This document shows positions 20,125 through 30,209 of a DNA stretch of 64,000 nt, piece after piece. This stretch comes from an uncultured Actinomycetes bacterium. GTDB lineage: Bacteria; Actinomycetota; Thermoleophilia; Gaiellales; Gaiellaceae. Every line of letters starts with the position of its first letter. Positions within the stretch are counted from its first letter, which is position 1. Both the position numbers and the translations under genes were made by a program. A model generated the notes under the pieces. It worked only from the letters and a program-made list of their open reading frames with translations. It made no database searches and was not told the origin of the DNA. The stretch covers positions 352,787 to 416,786 of the forward strand of contig CAVXGP010000005.1 in assembly GCA_963761485.1 (NCBI GenBank), given 5' to 3'.

Positions 20125-20964
20125 ATGGAGGGTAGGGTCGAGGTCAACGGCGTCAACCTCTGGTACCGGGCCGCGGGAGAGGGCGAGCCTGTGGCGCAGA
20201 TCCACGGGGCGGGGTTCGGCCACTTCAACTTCGATCCGGCCACGCCCGAGCTGTCGAAGCACTTCAGGGTCATCGACTACGACATGCGCGGTTACGGGCA
20301 GTCCGACCGCCCCGTCCAGCAGTACGACATGGAGGTATGGGCGGACGACCTCGTCGGGCTCCTGGACGCGCTCGAGATCGAAGAGGCCCACATCCACGGC
20401 ACGTCGATGGGCGGCATGATCGCGATCGTCTTCGCCGGCAAGTATCCCGACCGGACCACCTCCGTCGTCGTCAACTGTGCCGCTGCGAGGCTGGGCGAGA
20501 CGGGGCGGCTCATCTTCAAGAACTGGATCGACATCGCCCGGCTGGACCCCGACGGGCCCGGCAGCCGTCTTCTCGCCGAGCTGATCACGTGGCAGGCGCT
20601 CTCCAAACGCTTCCTCGAGGAGCAGGACGCCGTGGAGCTCACCGACCTGATCCAGCGGATCCTGCGCGACTCGAATCGGATCGAGGTCTTCACCGCCGCC
20701 TGCCAGGCGATGTGCGACATGGACCTCACCTCGTGGCTTCCGAAGATCACGTCGCCCGCGCTCGTCCTCGGGGGTGACGAGGACGTGATGACGCCGTGGG
20801 ACCAGGGTCCGAACGGCGCAGGCCAGGAGGCGATCTATCGAGGAATCCCGAACGCCGAGAAGCACGTGGTGAAGGGATCGAACCACTCGACGATCTTCGA
20901 CGGGACCGAGGAGCACAACCGCGTCGTCATCGACTTCTTCAAGCGGCACAGCCGGACGACGTAG
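20125..20964 (+). CDS. alpha/beta hydrolase
   Basis: ATG at 20125 follows AGGAGGAG. The nucleophile elbow is HGTSMGGMIAIVFA. It is a paralogue of the 46553..47380 gene. Confidence 0.85.
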   Translation: MEGRVEVNGVNLWYRAAGEGEPVAQIHGAGFGHFNFDPATPELSKHFRVIDYDMRGYGQSDRPVQQYDMEVWADDLVGLLDALEIEEAHIHGTSMGGMIAIVFAGKYPDRTTSVVVNCAAARLGETGRLIFKNWIDIARLDPDGPGSRLLAELITWQALSKRFLEEQDAVELTDLIQRILRDSNRIEVFTAACQAMCDMDLTSWLPKITSPALVLGGDEDVMTPWDQGPNGAGQEAIYRGIPNAEKHVVKGSNHSTIFDGTEEHNRVVIDFFKRHSRTT

Positions 20965-20967
20965 CAC

Positions 20968-22314
20968 GTGCCTACCGTCGAGGCGTACGGCGTCGAGCCG
21001 ATCCCCGCGCACCTCCGCACGACCGGCTGGCGAGACCTCTTCGCGATCAACTTCACGTTCTTCCTCAACCCGGTCATGTACCTGCTGGGAGCCTTCGCGG
21101 TGGTCGACGGAGGACTCCCGCTCTGGTGGGCGGTCGTGGCGATGGTCCTGGGCCAGGCGCTCGCCTATGCGCTGCTCGTCGTGATCGCCCAGCCCGGTGT
21201 GGACTACGGGCTGACCGGGCAGGTGGCGATGCGGGCACACCTCGGTTTCTGGGGAGCGCGTTTGCTCTCGTCGCCCTATCGCGTAATCGCGGCGACGTAC
21301 TGGTTTGCCGCCCAGGCGCTCACGGCCGGGCTCGGCGCACAGGCGATCGTGGAGGCGATGGGGGGGCATCGCCTTCCTCTGGTCCCGCTCGCGCTCGCCT
21401 TCGCGGCCGTTCACGCGACGTTCGCCGTGCTCGGGTTCGACATCATGCGGTGGCTGTTGCGGGTCGTCCTTCCGGTCTCGCTCGGCTTCAGCGGGATCCT
21501 GATCGTGCTTTTCCTGGCGACCGACGACCCCGACTACGCAGTCGGCCGGGTCTTCGACTCTCCGGAGCAGAGCCTGACCTGGGTCGGGTTCGCCACCTAT
21601 GTGACCGTCATGTGCGGCGCCTCGCTCACGCTTGTCGGCAACGTCGCAGACTTCTGCCGGTACACGCCGACACGCCGCGACATGCGGATCGGGCTGGCCG
21701 TTTCCGCGGTCGCCGCTGCCGTCCTGACGACTTTCGTCGGCGGCTATGCGGCGGCCGCAACGGGAGAGACGAACCCCTTCATCGCCGTGGCCGAGCTCGT
21801 CTCCAGCGACGCCCTCCTGGTCTGCCTCCTCGCGGCGATCGTCATCCAGGGCCTGGCGGCCAACATCACCAACGTCTACACGGCCGGGCTGTCCCTCGTG
21901 AACTCGGTGCCCCGCCTCGGGCGTCTGTGGGCGACGGTCTCGGCAGCGGTGGCTGCCGTCGCGCTCTCCGGGTTTCCGGATTTCGTCGACCACGCGCAAC
22001 GCTGGATCACGCATCTAGGCAATCTCGGCGCTCCGCTTGCCGGCGTCGTCCTCGCCGACTACCTCGTCCTCAAACGGCAGCGGATCGACGTCGGGGCGCT
22101 CTTCGACCCGCGCGGCCGCTACCGCTATCTGAAGGGGGTCAACGTGGCCGCTGTCGTCGCCGTCGCCGTCGGCATGTCGGCCTACTACCTCGTGCCACAG
22201 AGCTGGATCAAAGTTGTCTGGGGAGTGGCTGCCGGGGGTGTTGTCTACCTCGGGCTCGTGGGCCTTCGGGCGCCGTCGATCGGAGTGCCTCGCCTCCGAA
22301 CGCCCCGCGTTTGA
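20968..22314 (+). CDS. purine-cytosine / NCS1-type permease
   Basis: The ORF is 448 aa and multi-TM. The N-terminus YGVEPIPAHLRTTGWRDLFAINFTFFLNP is typical of cytosine/hydantoin-type permeases. Confidence 0.8.
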   Translation: MPTVEAYGVEPIPAHLRTTGWRDLFAINFTFFLNPVMYLLGAFAVVDGGLPLWWAVVAMVLGQALAYALLVVIAQPGVDYGLTGQVAMRAHLGFWGARLLSSPYRVIAATYWFAAQALTAGLGAQAIVEAMGGHRLPLVPLALAFAAVHATFAVLGFDIMRWLLRVVLPVSLGFSGILIVLFLATDDPDYAVGRVFDSPEQSLTWVGFATYVTVMCGASLTLVGNVADFCRYTPTRRDMRIGLAVSAVAAAVLTTFVGGYAAAATGETNPFIAVAELVSSDALLVCLLAAIVIQGLAANITNVYTAGLSLVNSVPRLGRLWATVSAAVAAVALSGFPDFVDHAQRWITHLGNLGAPLAGVVLADYLVLKRQRIDVGALFDPRGRYRYLKGVNVAAVVAVAVGMSAYYLVPQSWIKVVWGVAAGGVVYLGLVGLRAPSIGVPRLRTPRV

Positions 22315-22329
22315 CTCCGCACGCGCGGG

Positions 22330-22341
22330 CTTGTATACAAG
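22330..22341. promoter_or_regulatory. perfect 12-bp palindrome CTTGTATACAAG, candidate GntR-type operator
   Basis: It is an AT-rich palindrome in the 138-nt intergenic region upstream of the ABC importer operon. It fits the generic GntR half-site logic GT-Nx-AC. Confidence 0.4.
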
Positions 22342-22452
22342 GGCAATCCCCAGTCCCCGCGTGATACGAAGGCGGATGCCTCAGTTCTGCTTCCAGCGTC
22401 GTGCGGCGGCGTTTCCATCCTCGGGAAGGCGCGAGGGGAAAGGAGCAAGTAG

Positions 22453-23961
22453 ATGAGCGACGAGTACGATCCCTTCGAGTACGCGAAGCTACTCGAAGAG
22501 GGTGCCGATCTCGGCCGCAGCGATCTGTCGGAGCTTCGACCGACCGAGGACCCCGCGGGGCTGAGTCGTGGGGAGCTCCTCAAGCGAGGCGCGGCCGCCG
22601 CGGCAGCCGTATCGGGGATGGGCGCTCTCGCAGGTTCCGCCCAAGCGGCGCCGACTCAGGGCGGCAAGTTCACCGGCACGCTTCGGGTCCTGACCCTGGG
22701 TGTCGAGTTTCCGATCCCCGATATCGCGAAACAGGCTTCGAAGGACCTCGGCTTCACCGTCAAGCCGATCCTCGCCCCGTCGGAGAAGCAGCCGCAAATC
22801 GCCATTACCCAGCCCGACAGCTTCGACGTGTTCGGTGGCTACAACTACCAGTCGCTCCTTGTCTGGCCGTCCGACGGGCTGCAGCCCGTCGACACCCGGC
22901 GGATCCGGAGCTGGAATCAGTTCTACAGGCTCTTCACGCACGGCAAGCTCAACCCGAACTCGCAGAGCTGTACGTACGGCCAGGGGAACGCCCCCTTCCG
23001 GACGACCTTCGTCGACCCGGATGGCTCGACGGGCCTTCCCCGGTACGCCCAGGGACCTGCCAGCAACAGGGAGATCGTCCGCTGGATCGGCGAGAACGGC
23101 AGGCCGATCGGGGGCAAGCCGCAGCCACGCTTCATCGTCGGCCCCGCGGCGCACTTCAACGTCGACTCGATGGGCTACAACGCCGACGTCGTCCAGAAGC
23201 GGCCGAACCAGGTGTCCTGGGCCGAGCTTCTGAACGCGAAGTGGAGGGGGCGCGTGTCCCTCCTCCGCGATCCCGGCATCATGAGCCAGGACGCGGCGGC
23301 GGCCGTCAAGGCGCTCGGGCTCATGAAGATCAAGGACCCGGGCAACCTGTCGAAGAAGGAGATCGACCGCCTGTTCGCGATCCTGACGCGATACAAGAAG
23401 CAGGGTCAGTTCCGGGCATTCTGGTCGGCCTTCACCGACTCGGTGAACTTCATGGTCTCGAAGGAGGTCGTAATCGAGTCCATGTGGTCCCCGGCCGTCG
23501 CGCTCGTCAAGGCAGCCGGTGTGAACGTCCTCTACGCCGCTCCGCCGGAAGGCTTCCGCGGCTGGTGCAGCGCCGAGGGCATCTCCTCGAGCGTCACGGA
23601 CCCGGCCAAGCTGCAGGCCTGCTACGACTACCTCAACTGGAACTACAACGGGTTCCTCGGCGCCGTCATCATGCGTCAGGGCTACTACATCGCCAACGGG
23701 ACGAGGCTGCTCCCGTGGATCAGGTCGGCGGCAGGGAAAGCCGCAGGCTTCACGCCAGCCGAATACGACTACTGGTGGGGCGGCAAGGCAGCCCCACGCG
23801 ACCTGCCCGGCATCACCGGCAAGGTCGGCGACATCAAGAAGGGTGAACGCCGCGAGGGCGGCTCGTTCACCCAGCGCGTTTGCAAGTACATCTCCTGGAA
23901 CTCGTACCCGAGGGAGAGCGTGTACCTCGTCAAGCGGGTGAACGACTTCCTCTCCGCGTAG
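22453..23961 (+). CDS. ABC transporter substrate-binding protein (PotD/PotF-like)
   Basis: The ORF is 502 aa with an RBS AAAGGAG. A signal-like segment LLKRGAAAAAAVSGMGALAGSAQA follows a roughly 35-aa acidic N-terminal extension. Confidence 0.8.
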   Translation: MSDEYDPFEYAKLLEEGADLGRSDLSELRPTEDPAGLSRGELLKRGAAAAAAVSGMGALAGSAQAAPTQGGKFTGTLRVLTLGVEFPIPDIAKQASKDLGFTVKPILAPSEKQPQIAITQPDSFDVFGGYNYQSLLVWPSDGLQPVDTRRIRSWNQFYRLFTHGKLNPNSQSCTYGQGNAPFRTTFVDPDGSTGLPRYAQGPASNREIVRWIGENGRPIGGKPQPRFIVGPAAHFNVDSMGYNADVVQKRPNQVSWAELLNAKWRGRVSLLRDPGIMSQDAAAAVKALGLMKIKDPGNLSKKEIDRLFAILTRYKKQGQFRAFWSAFTDSVNFMVSKEVVIESMWSPAVALVKAAGVNVLYAAPPEGFRGWCSAEGISSSVTDPAKLQACYDYLNWNYNGFLGAVIMRQGYYIANGTRLLPWIRSAAGKAAGFTPAEYDYWWGGKAAPRDLPGITGKVGDIKKGERREGGSFTQRVCKYISWNSYPRESVYLVKRVNDFLSA

Positions 23962-23967
23962 CGCCGG

Positions 23968-25116
23968 ATGTCGGAACAGGGGATCTCGCGACCAGAGGGG
24001 GCGGCGACCGCCGCCCCCTCTCCACGTGCAAGCTCGGGGCTCGATCTGATCGGATTGACCAAGGTCTTCCCAGGCGGGACCGTCGCAGTCGAGGACGTCG
24101 ACCTGCACGTCGACCACGGCGAGTACGTCGTGCTGCTCGGCCCGTCGGGCTGCGGCAAGACGACGACCCTCCGGATGATCGGCGGGCACGAGTTCCCGAC
24201 CGAGGGCGACATCGTGCTCGACGGCGACTCGCTCGTCGGTCTGAAGCCCCACAGGCGGCCCACGACGACCGTCTTCCAGCACTTCGCGCTCTTCCCGCAT
24301 CGGAGCGTGCTCCAGAACGTCGAGTTCGGACTGAAGATGCACGGGGTGTCGAAGGAGGAACGACGCCAACAGGCGTTCGAGGCGCTCGAGATGGTGGGCC
24401 TAGCACCACTCTCCGACCGGAAACCCGCGGCGCTCTCGGGCGGTCAGCAGCAGCGGGTTGCACTCGCGCGCGTGCTCGTGACCAAGCCGAAGGCGCTCCT
24501 CCTCGACGAGCCCCTCGGCGACCTCGACCGCCTTCTCCAACTTCGGATGCGGGTGGAGCTCCGGAACCTTCAGCGGCAGCTCGGACTGATGTTCATCCAC
24601 GTCACGCACAACCAGGAAGAGGCGCTGTCGATGGCGGACCGGATCGTCGTCATGAACGACGCGCGGATCCAGCAGATCGCCGATCCCCTCACGATCGCAA
24701 CACGCCCGGCAACCGAGCTCGTCGCCCGCTTCATGGGCGACAACAACATCATCCGCGGCAAGGTCGTCGAGCAGAACGGTGACCGCCTCGTCGTGGAGGA
24801 CGAGTTCGACGTTCGAGCGAGCCTCAAGGTGAGCGGAGAGCCATTCGAGGTCGGCGACGAGGCGATGGTCTCGGTGCGAGCCGCAGCCGTGCGCTACGAC
24901 CCTGACGGGCCGAACGGAACCGGTTTGAACTCGGCGGAGTGCGAGATCGAGTTCGTCGAGTTCCTCGGCGACCTCCTCAAGCTGCACCTGACGGCGGGCG
25001 GCGGCCGGATGCTCGCGAAGCTCCCGGGCGAGCAGTACCCTGCGTTCCGCGGGCGCGAGGGCGAGAAGATCTGGATCGGCTGGAAGGAGGAGGATGTCCA
25101 GCTCCTCTCGAGGTGA
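23968..25116 (+). CDS. ABC transporter ATP-binding protein (PotA-like)
   Basis: Walker A is GPSGCGKTT, the signature is LSGGQQQRVALAR and Walker B is LLLDEPL. There is a C-terminal TOBE-like domain. Confidence 0.9.
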   Translation: MSEQGISRPEGAATAAPSPRASSGLDLIGLTKVFPGGTVAVEDVDLHVDHGEYVVLLGPSGCGKTTTLRMIGGHEFPTEGDIVLDGDSLVGLKPHRRPTTTVFQHFALFPHRSVLQNVEFGLKMHGVSKEERRQQAFEALEMVGLAPLSDRKPAALSGGQQQRVALARVLVTKPKALLLDEPLGDLDRLLQLRMRVELRNLQRQLGLMFIHVTHNQEEALSMADRIVVMNDARIQQIADPLTIATRPATELVARFMGDNNIIRGKVVEQNGDRLVVEDEFDVRASLKVSGEPFEVGDEAMVSVRAAAVRYDPDGPNGTGLNSAECEIEFVEFLGDLLKLHLTAGGGRMLAKLPGEQYPAFRGREGEKIWIGWKEEDVQLLSR

Positions 25117-26074
25117 GCCGGCGCCGCAGATCGACGTCGCCGAGCTCGAACAAGCCGAGCAGATCGTCGAGCAGCGGCCCCCCGAGGAGGAGCGCGCGCT
25201 CGGCCGGACTGCCACGTCGGCCGGTCGAGGCGGGTGGCTGACCGCCGTCTGGGCTGCGCCCGGCTTCCTCTGGCTCGCCTTCTACCTGCTCGCGCCGCTC
25301 GTGGTGATCATCCTCGTGAGCTTCTGGACCCGGACCGATTCCGGCTTCGACCGGGAGTGGACGTTCGCGAACTACACGGAGCTCTTCAACGACTCGACGT
25401 ACTGGGACAACATGCTGACGTCGTTCGTGACGTCGGCCATCGCGGTCGTCGCCTGCCTCGTGCTCGGCTTCCCGGTCGCGTACTTTCTGGCACTGAAGGT
25501 CCAGAGCCTCCGTTTCCAGATCGCGCTCTTCATCGTCGCGCTGGCACCTTTCTGGACGAGCTTCCTCACCCGCGCGATCGCCTGGACGTTCCCGCTGATG
25601 GGCCGGGAGGGCGCCCTGAACCAGGTCCTCCAGCAGCTGCACATCGTCGACGCGCCAGTGGAGGCCTTCGGTTTCTCGACGCTCTCGGTCCGGCTGGCGA
25701 TGATCCAGCTCTACATCCTGTTCATGATCACGCCGCTGTTCTTCTCGCTCGCGCAGGTCGACAGGGCCGCACTCGAGGCCGCGCGTGATCTCGGCGCCAA
25801 CTGGTGGGGGACGTTCCGGGAGGTGATCCTGCCGCAGATCATGCCCGGCGTCGTCATCGGGTCGATCTTCATCTTCGTGCTGACGATGGGGGACTACGGG
25901 ACGGTCTCGACGGTGGGCGGTGGCAACGAGACCTCGGTCGGCACGCTCATCTACTCGAAGATCGGCGCCATCCAGTACCCGCAAGGCGCGGCTTCGGCGG
26001 TGCTGCTCGTCGTCGTGCTCATGGTCGGTGTCTGGGTCATCACGCGGTTTTCGAACCTGAGGGAGGAGCTGTGA
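25094..26074 (+). CDS. ABC transporter permease (PotB-like)
   Basis: The ORF is 326 aa and multi-TM. The EAA-like loop is LEAARDLGANWWGTFREVILPQ. An RBS GGAAGGAGGAGG precedes the start. Confidence 0.85.
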   Translation: MSSSSRGEPAPQIDVAELEQAEQIVEQRPPEEERALGRTATSAGRGGWLTAVWAAPGFLWLAFYLLAPLVVIILVSFWTRTDSGFDREWTFANYTELFNDSTYWDNMLTSFVTSAIAVVACLVLGFPVAYFLALKVQSLRFQIALFIVALAPFWTSFLTRAIAWTFPLMGREGALNQVLQQLHIVDAPVEAFGFSTLSVRLAMIQLYILFMITPLFFSLAQVDRAALEAARDLGANWWGTFREVILPQIMPGVVIGSIFIFVLTMGDYGTVSTVGGGNETSVGTLIYSKIGAIQYPQGAASAVLLVVVLMVGVWVITRFSNLREEL

Positions 26075-27057
26075 TCGAGACGATGGTCGCAGCGGCGGAA
26101 GCGCGAGACCGTCCTCAAGACACGATCGTCCGGCGCCGGGTCAGGGCGCGGCGCGACTGGGGGAAGGTCGGACTCGCCGTCTACTTCGTTCTCTTTCTGT
26201 TCTTCCTCTACGTGCCCTTGATCCTCATGGCGATCCTGTCCTTCCAGGGACCGTTCGGGAACCTGACCTTCCCGTTCCGGGGCCCGTTCAGCCTCGACTG
26301 GTGGCAGTCACTCTTCGACCCGTCGGTCCCCGGCTCGATCGCGGAGGAGGTACGGGCGTCGGGACGGCAGTCCCTCTGGCTCAGCCTCGCGTCCGGCGTA
26401 ATCGTCGCGGTGCTCGGCTTCATGCTGTCGATGGCGTTCCGGCGGCAGTGGCGCTTCAAGACCGACGTGATCGCCTTCTACCTGATCATGCTCGCCTTGA
26501 TGACGCCTGCGTTTCTCGTCGGGCTCGGCAACCAGCTTCTGTGGTCGGCGATGGACGAGCTGCCCAGCCTCTGGAAGACGGCGCTGGGCGCGAACGTGAT
26601 CTGGGGCATCCCCTTTGCGTTCCTCGTCATGCTCGCGGTCTGGAACCGGTACGACCGCCGGATCGAGGAGGCGGCTCGCGACCTCGGTGCGGACGCGAAG
26701 ACGACGTTCCGGGAGGTGACGCTCCCCCTCGTCTGGACGGGGATCTTCGGCAGCTTCCTCTTCGGTTTCACGCTGACCTGGAACGACTTCGACCGGACCG
26801 TGCTGTTGCAGAACGGCTACGAGACGCAGCCCCTCCCGATCCTGATCGGCACCTGGCCGCAAAGCCGGCCGATCAGGCCCGATCTCTACGCCCTCGGGGC
26901 CGGGACGACCGCCGTCTCGCTCTTCGCGATCCTGGTGCTGCTCGTCGCCCTCACGCTGCGCCTCCGCTTCCGCGGCAAGCCCGTGCAGCGAGCCGAGGAG
27001 GAGCTCGGGCTCGGCGAGGAGATGCAGCTCGCCAAGACCGAAGCTTCCTCCGAATAG
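26071..27057 (+). CDS. ABC transporter permease (PotC-like)
   Basis: GTG at 26071 is in the frame of ORF 25804..27057 and makes a GTGA overlap. The EAA-like loop is IEEAARDLGADAKTTFREVTLP. Confidence 0.85.
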   Translation: MIETMVAAAEARDRPQDTIVRRRVRARRDWGKVGLAVYFVLFLFFLYVPLILMAILSFQGPFGNLTFPFRGPFSLDWWQSLFDPSVPGSIAEEVRASGRQSLWLSLASGVIVAVLGFMLSMAFRRQWRFKTDVIAFYLIMLALMTPAFLVGLGNQLLWSAMDELPSLWKTALGANVIWGIPFAFLVMLAVWNRYDRRIEEAARDLGADAKTTFREVTLPLVWTGIFGSFLFGFTLTWNDFDRTVLLQNGYETQPLPILIGTWPQSRPIRPDLYALGAGTTAVSLFAILVLLVALTLRLRFRGKPVQRAEEELGLGEEMQLAKTEASSE

Positions 27058-27072
27058 ACGAGAACCGTCCTC

Positions 27073-28044
27073 GTGCCGCCGCCGGTCGTCGTCGTCTCCA
27101 CCGGCGGCACGATCGCCATGCGCCGGGACCCCTCGACCCAGAAGCTCGTGCCCGCCGTGAGCGGGGAGGAGCTGGTCGAGATGCTCGCCTGGCCGGAAGC
27201 CCCACCGCTCGAGCTCGACGACTTCGCACGCGTGCCGAGCTTCGACGTGCATGGTGAGCTCGCCCTTTCACTCGCCGTTCGAGTCAACGAGCAGGCGGGG
27301 CGGGGAGACGTGGCGGGTGTCGTCGTCACGCACGGGACGGACACCATGGAAGAATCCGTCTACCTCGTCGACCGTCTGCTCCGCTCGGATCTTCCGGTCG
27401 TCCTGACAGGCGCCCAGCGGGGAGCCGACGAGCCGGATACGGACGGCCCGCGCAACCTGCGCGACGCGGTCCGCGTCGCAGCGTCGGAGAACGCGCGCGG
27501 CCGAGGGGCGATGATCGTCTTCGGCGGCGAAATCCACGCAGCGCGCGAAGCTCGAAAGGTCCATACGACCGCGTTGCGGGCCTTCGACTCACCCGGGTAC
27601 GGACCGATCGGCCACGTCGACGTGGCTACGGTCGTCTTCCAGCGCATCCCTTGCAGGCGTGCGCCTCTGCCCGTGCCGGACCGGCTCGCGCCGGTGGACC
27701 TGATTCGGCTCCACGCGGGTAGTGAAGCCCGCTTCGTCCGTTCCTCGATGGAGTCGGGCGCCCAGGCGATCGTGCTCGAGGGGACCGGCCGGGGCAATGC
27801 CAACGACCAAGTCGTCGAGGGCGTCCGGGACGCGGTCTCGGCAGGCGTGTCCGTGGTCGTGTGCTCGCGCTGCGTCGGGGGGCGGGTCGAGCCCGTGTAC
27901 GGACGCGGCGGCGGCCGCGACCTCGCCGAAGCCGGCGCGCTTTTCGCCGGTGACCTTGCCGGGCCGAAGGCGCGGGTTCTGCTTCAGCTCGCGCTCGGCT
28001 CCGGGCTCGAAGCTGCGTCGGCGCTGGCGGCCGAGGCAGGCTAG
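27073..28044 (+). CDS. L-asparaginase / glutaminase family protein
   Basis: The motifs VVVVSTGGTIAM and VVTHGTDTMEES are present. Confidence 0.85.
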   Translation: MPPPVVVVSTGGTIAMRRDPSTQKLVPAVSGEELVEMLAWPEAPPLELDDFARVPSFDVHGELALSLAVRVNEQAGRGDVAGVVVTHGTDTMEESVYLVDRLLRSDLPVVLTGAQRGADEPDTDGPRNLRDAVRVAASENARGRGAMIVFGGEIHAAREARKVHTTALRAFDSPGYGPIGHVDVATVVFQRIPCRRAPLPVPDRLAPVDLIRLHAGSEARFVRSSMESGAQAIVLEGTGRGNANDQVVEGVRDAVSAGVSVVVCSRCVGGRVEPVYGRGGGRDLAEAGALFAGDLAGPKARVLLQLALGSGLEAASALAAEAG

Positions 28045-28057
28045 CGAGCGTCGAGCG

Positions 28058-28939
28058 TCAGCCAGCCCTCGGCGACCTCTTGGCGAAGTCGTCGGCGATC
28101 TCGTTGAACGTGGCCCAGCGGACGCCGTCGTGGGAGTTGATGTGGTCGATGATGCGTTCGTGCATCGCGAGGACGGCCGGGCGCCCGCTCACGTCTGGAT
28201 GGATCGTCATCGTGAACACCGCGTAGTCGTACTCGCGGTAGACCCAGTCGAACTGGTCCATCCAGAGCTGCTCGATGTCGTGCGGGTTGACGAAGCCGTG
28301 GCTGTTCGGTGCCGCCTTGATGAACATCATCGGGGGTAGGTCGTCCAGGTACCAGCTCGCCGGGATCTCGATGAGGTCGGTCTCGTCGCCGCGCTGCAGC
28401 GGCACCATCCACTCCTCGGCCTTCTTCGAGTAGTCGATCTTCGTCCACGAGTCTCCGACGCGGACGTAGTACGGCAGGAAGTCGTGGTGCATGAGCGAGT
28501 GGTCGTACTTGATGCCGCGCTCGAGCAGCAGCTCGTTCGTCACGTTCGAGAACTCCCACCACGGCGCCACGTAGCCCGTCGGCCGCTTTCCCGAGACCTT
28601 CTCGACGAGACCGATGCACTTGTCGAGCACCGCCGTCTCCTGCTCGCGCGTCATCGCGATCGGATTCTCGTGGGTGTAGCCGTGGATCCCGATCTCGTGA
28701 CCCGCGTCGACGACCATCTGCGTCTCGGTGGGGAACGTCTCGATGGAGTGACCCGGGATGAACCAGGTCGTCGTCAGCCCGTGTCGCTCGAACAGCTTCA
28801 AGAGCCGGGGTGTCCCGACCTCGCCGGCGAAGAGACCGCGTGAGATGTCGTCGGGCGAGTTCTCGCCCCCGTAGGACCCGAGCCAGCCTGCCACCGCGTC
28901 GACGTCGACGCCGTACGCGACGAAGATCTCCTTGGCCAT
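28058..28939 (-). CDS. polysaccharide deacetylase family (NodB-fold) hydrolase
   Basis: The ORF is 293 aa. The sequence [13 protein letters not shown]...[13 protein letters not shown] includes a metal-binding His pair context. Confidence 0.8.
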   Translation of the reverse strand: MAKEIFVAYGVDVDAVAGWLGSYGGENSPDDISRGLFAGEVGTPRLLKLFERHGLTTTWFIPGHSIETFPTETQMVVDAGHEIGIHGYTHENPIAMTREQETAVLDKCIGLVEKVSGKRPTGYVAPWWEFSNVTNELLLERGIKYDHSLMHHDFLPYYVRVGDSWTKIDYSKKAEEWMVPLQRGDETDLIEIPASWYLDDLPPMMFIKAAPNSHGFVNPHDIEQLWMDQFDWVYREYDYAVFTMTIHPDVSGRPAVLAMHERIIDHINSHDGVRWATFNEIADDFAKRSPRAG

Positions 28940-28992
28940 CGTGCCTCCGTTCGTGTCGATCAGAGCTCGTCGCCTGCTACAACGCGACTCTA

Positions 28993-29271
28993 ATGTGCTC
29001 GCTCTGTCGCGTGGTGGCGAAGGAGCACTGGGCCGAGAAGGGTGATGGCGCTCGGGCCAGGGTGTTCCGCGCCTCGGCGCTCAACCGCATCCTGGGCCAC
29101 TACGGGCTCACGGTCCACGCCTGGGCCGCGGGCGCGTACGTCCTCCGCGATCGGAAGGGTGGCACTGCGGTCGTATCCGATCTCGGAGCCCTCTGGGTGG
29201 AGGCCGAGCGCCTCGCCGGAGCTCCGCTCGACCCGCTCGATCCGGCACTCGTCACGGCGCTCGAGCGGTGA
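28993..29271 (+). CDS. hypothetical small protein (92 aa, N-terminal CxxC)
   Basis: ATG at 28993 is in the frame of ORF 28810..29271. There is a strong G/C third-position bias. The stop overlaps the COG0523 start (GTGA). The N-terminus is MCSLCRVV. Confidence 0.55.
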   Translation: MCSLCRVVAKEHWAEKGDGARARVFRASALNRILGHYGLTVHAWAAGAYVLRDRKGGTAVVSDLGALWVEAERLAGAPLDPLDPALVTALER

Positions 29272-30209
29272 AGACGCCCGTCGTCCTCGTGACGGGCTTC
29301 CTCGGGAGCGGCAAGACGACGCTGCTCTCACGGCTGCTCGACCGACCGGAGCTCGGCGAGACGGCCGTGATCGTGAACGAGCTCGGGGAGGTCGGCATCG
29401 ACCACCACCTCCTTCGACGGGTCGACGAGCGCACGGTGCTTCTCTCGAGCGGATGCGTCTGCTGTGCCCTGCGGGGCGACCTCTCGGACGAGCTCCGTGA
29501 CCTGCTCGACCGCCGCGACGCCGGCGAGATCCCGCCGTTCCGGCGCGTCGTCATCGAGACGACCGGAGTTGCGCAGCCGGCGCCGATCGTGCAGACGCTC
29601 CTCGCGGACCCGCTCCTGCCGAATCACTACTCGCTCGACGCGGTCGTGGCGACTGTCGACGGCGTGCACGGTCTCCGCGGCCCCGAAGCGCTCCAGCAGG
29701 TCGCAGCCGCCGACACGCTCGTTGTCACGAAGCCGGACCTTGCCGACCAGGAAGGGCTGAACGCGCTCGAGGCGGAGCTCGTGCGGCTCAACCCCGCCGC
29801 CCGAATGGTCCGCGCGTCATTCGGGGAGGTCGAGGCCGAGCTCCTGCTCTCCGCCTCCGACCGAGACGTTCGCGAGCTTCCGAGGGATCCGGAAGGGCAC
29901 ACACACCATCTACAGGCGGTCGTGCTCGGGCTCGACGACGCGGTCGACTGGACGGCATTCGGAATCTGGCTGACGATGCTGCTCAACGCTCGCGGCCGAG
30001 AGATTCTCAGGATCAAGGGGCTGGTCGACGTCGGCGGCGAGGGCCCGCTGCTGGTCAACTGCGTGCAGCACGCGGTCTACCCGCCGGTGCATCTCGACGC
30101 CTGGCCCGACGAGGATCGCCGCACGCGGCTCGTCGTCATCGGCCATGAGGTGGACGGCGACGCACTCGAGACCTCCCTTCGCGCGTTCGATCGCGCTGCT
30201 GCTCAGTAG
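29268..30209 (+). CDS. COG0523 (CobW/G3E family) metallochaperone GTPase
   Basis: The P-loop is GFLGSGKTTLL and the metal motif is GCVCC. There is a His cluster GHTHH and a CobW C-terminal-like domain. Confidence 0.9.
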   Translation: MKTPVVLVTGFLGSGKTTLLSRLLDRPELGETAVIVNELGEVGIDHHLLRRVDERTVLLSSGCVCCALRGDLSDELRDLLDRRDAGEIPPFRRVVIETTGVAQPAPIVQTLLADPLLPNHYSLDAVVATVDGVHGLRGPEALQQVAAADTLVVTKPDLADQEGLNALEAELVRLNPAARMVRASFGEVEAELLLSASDRDVRELPRDPEGHTHHLQAVVLGLDDAVDWTAFGIWLTMLLNARGREILRIKGLVDVGGEGPLLVNCVQHAVYPPVHLDAWPDEDRRTRLVVIGHEVDGDALETSLRAFDRAAAQ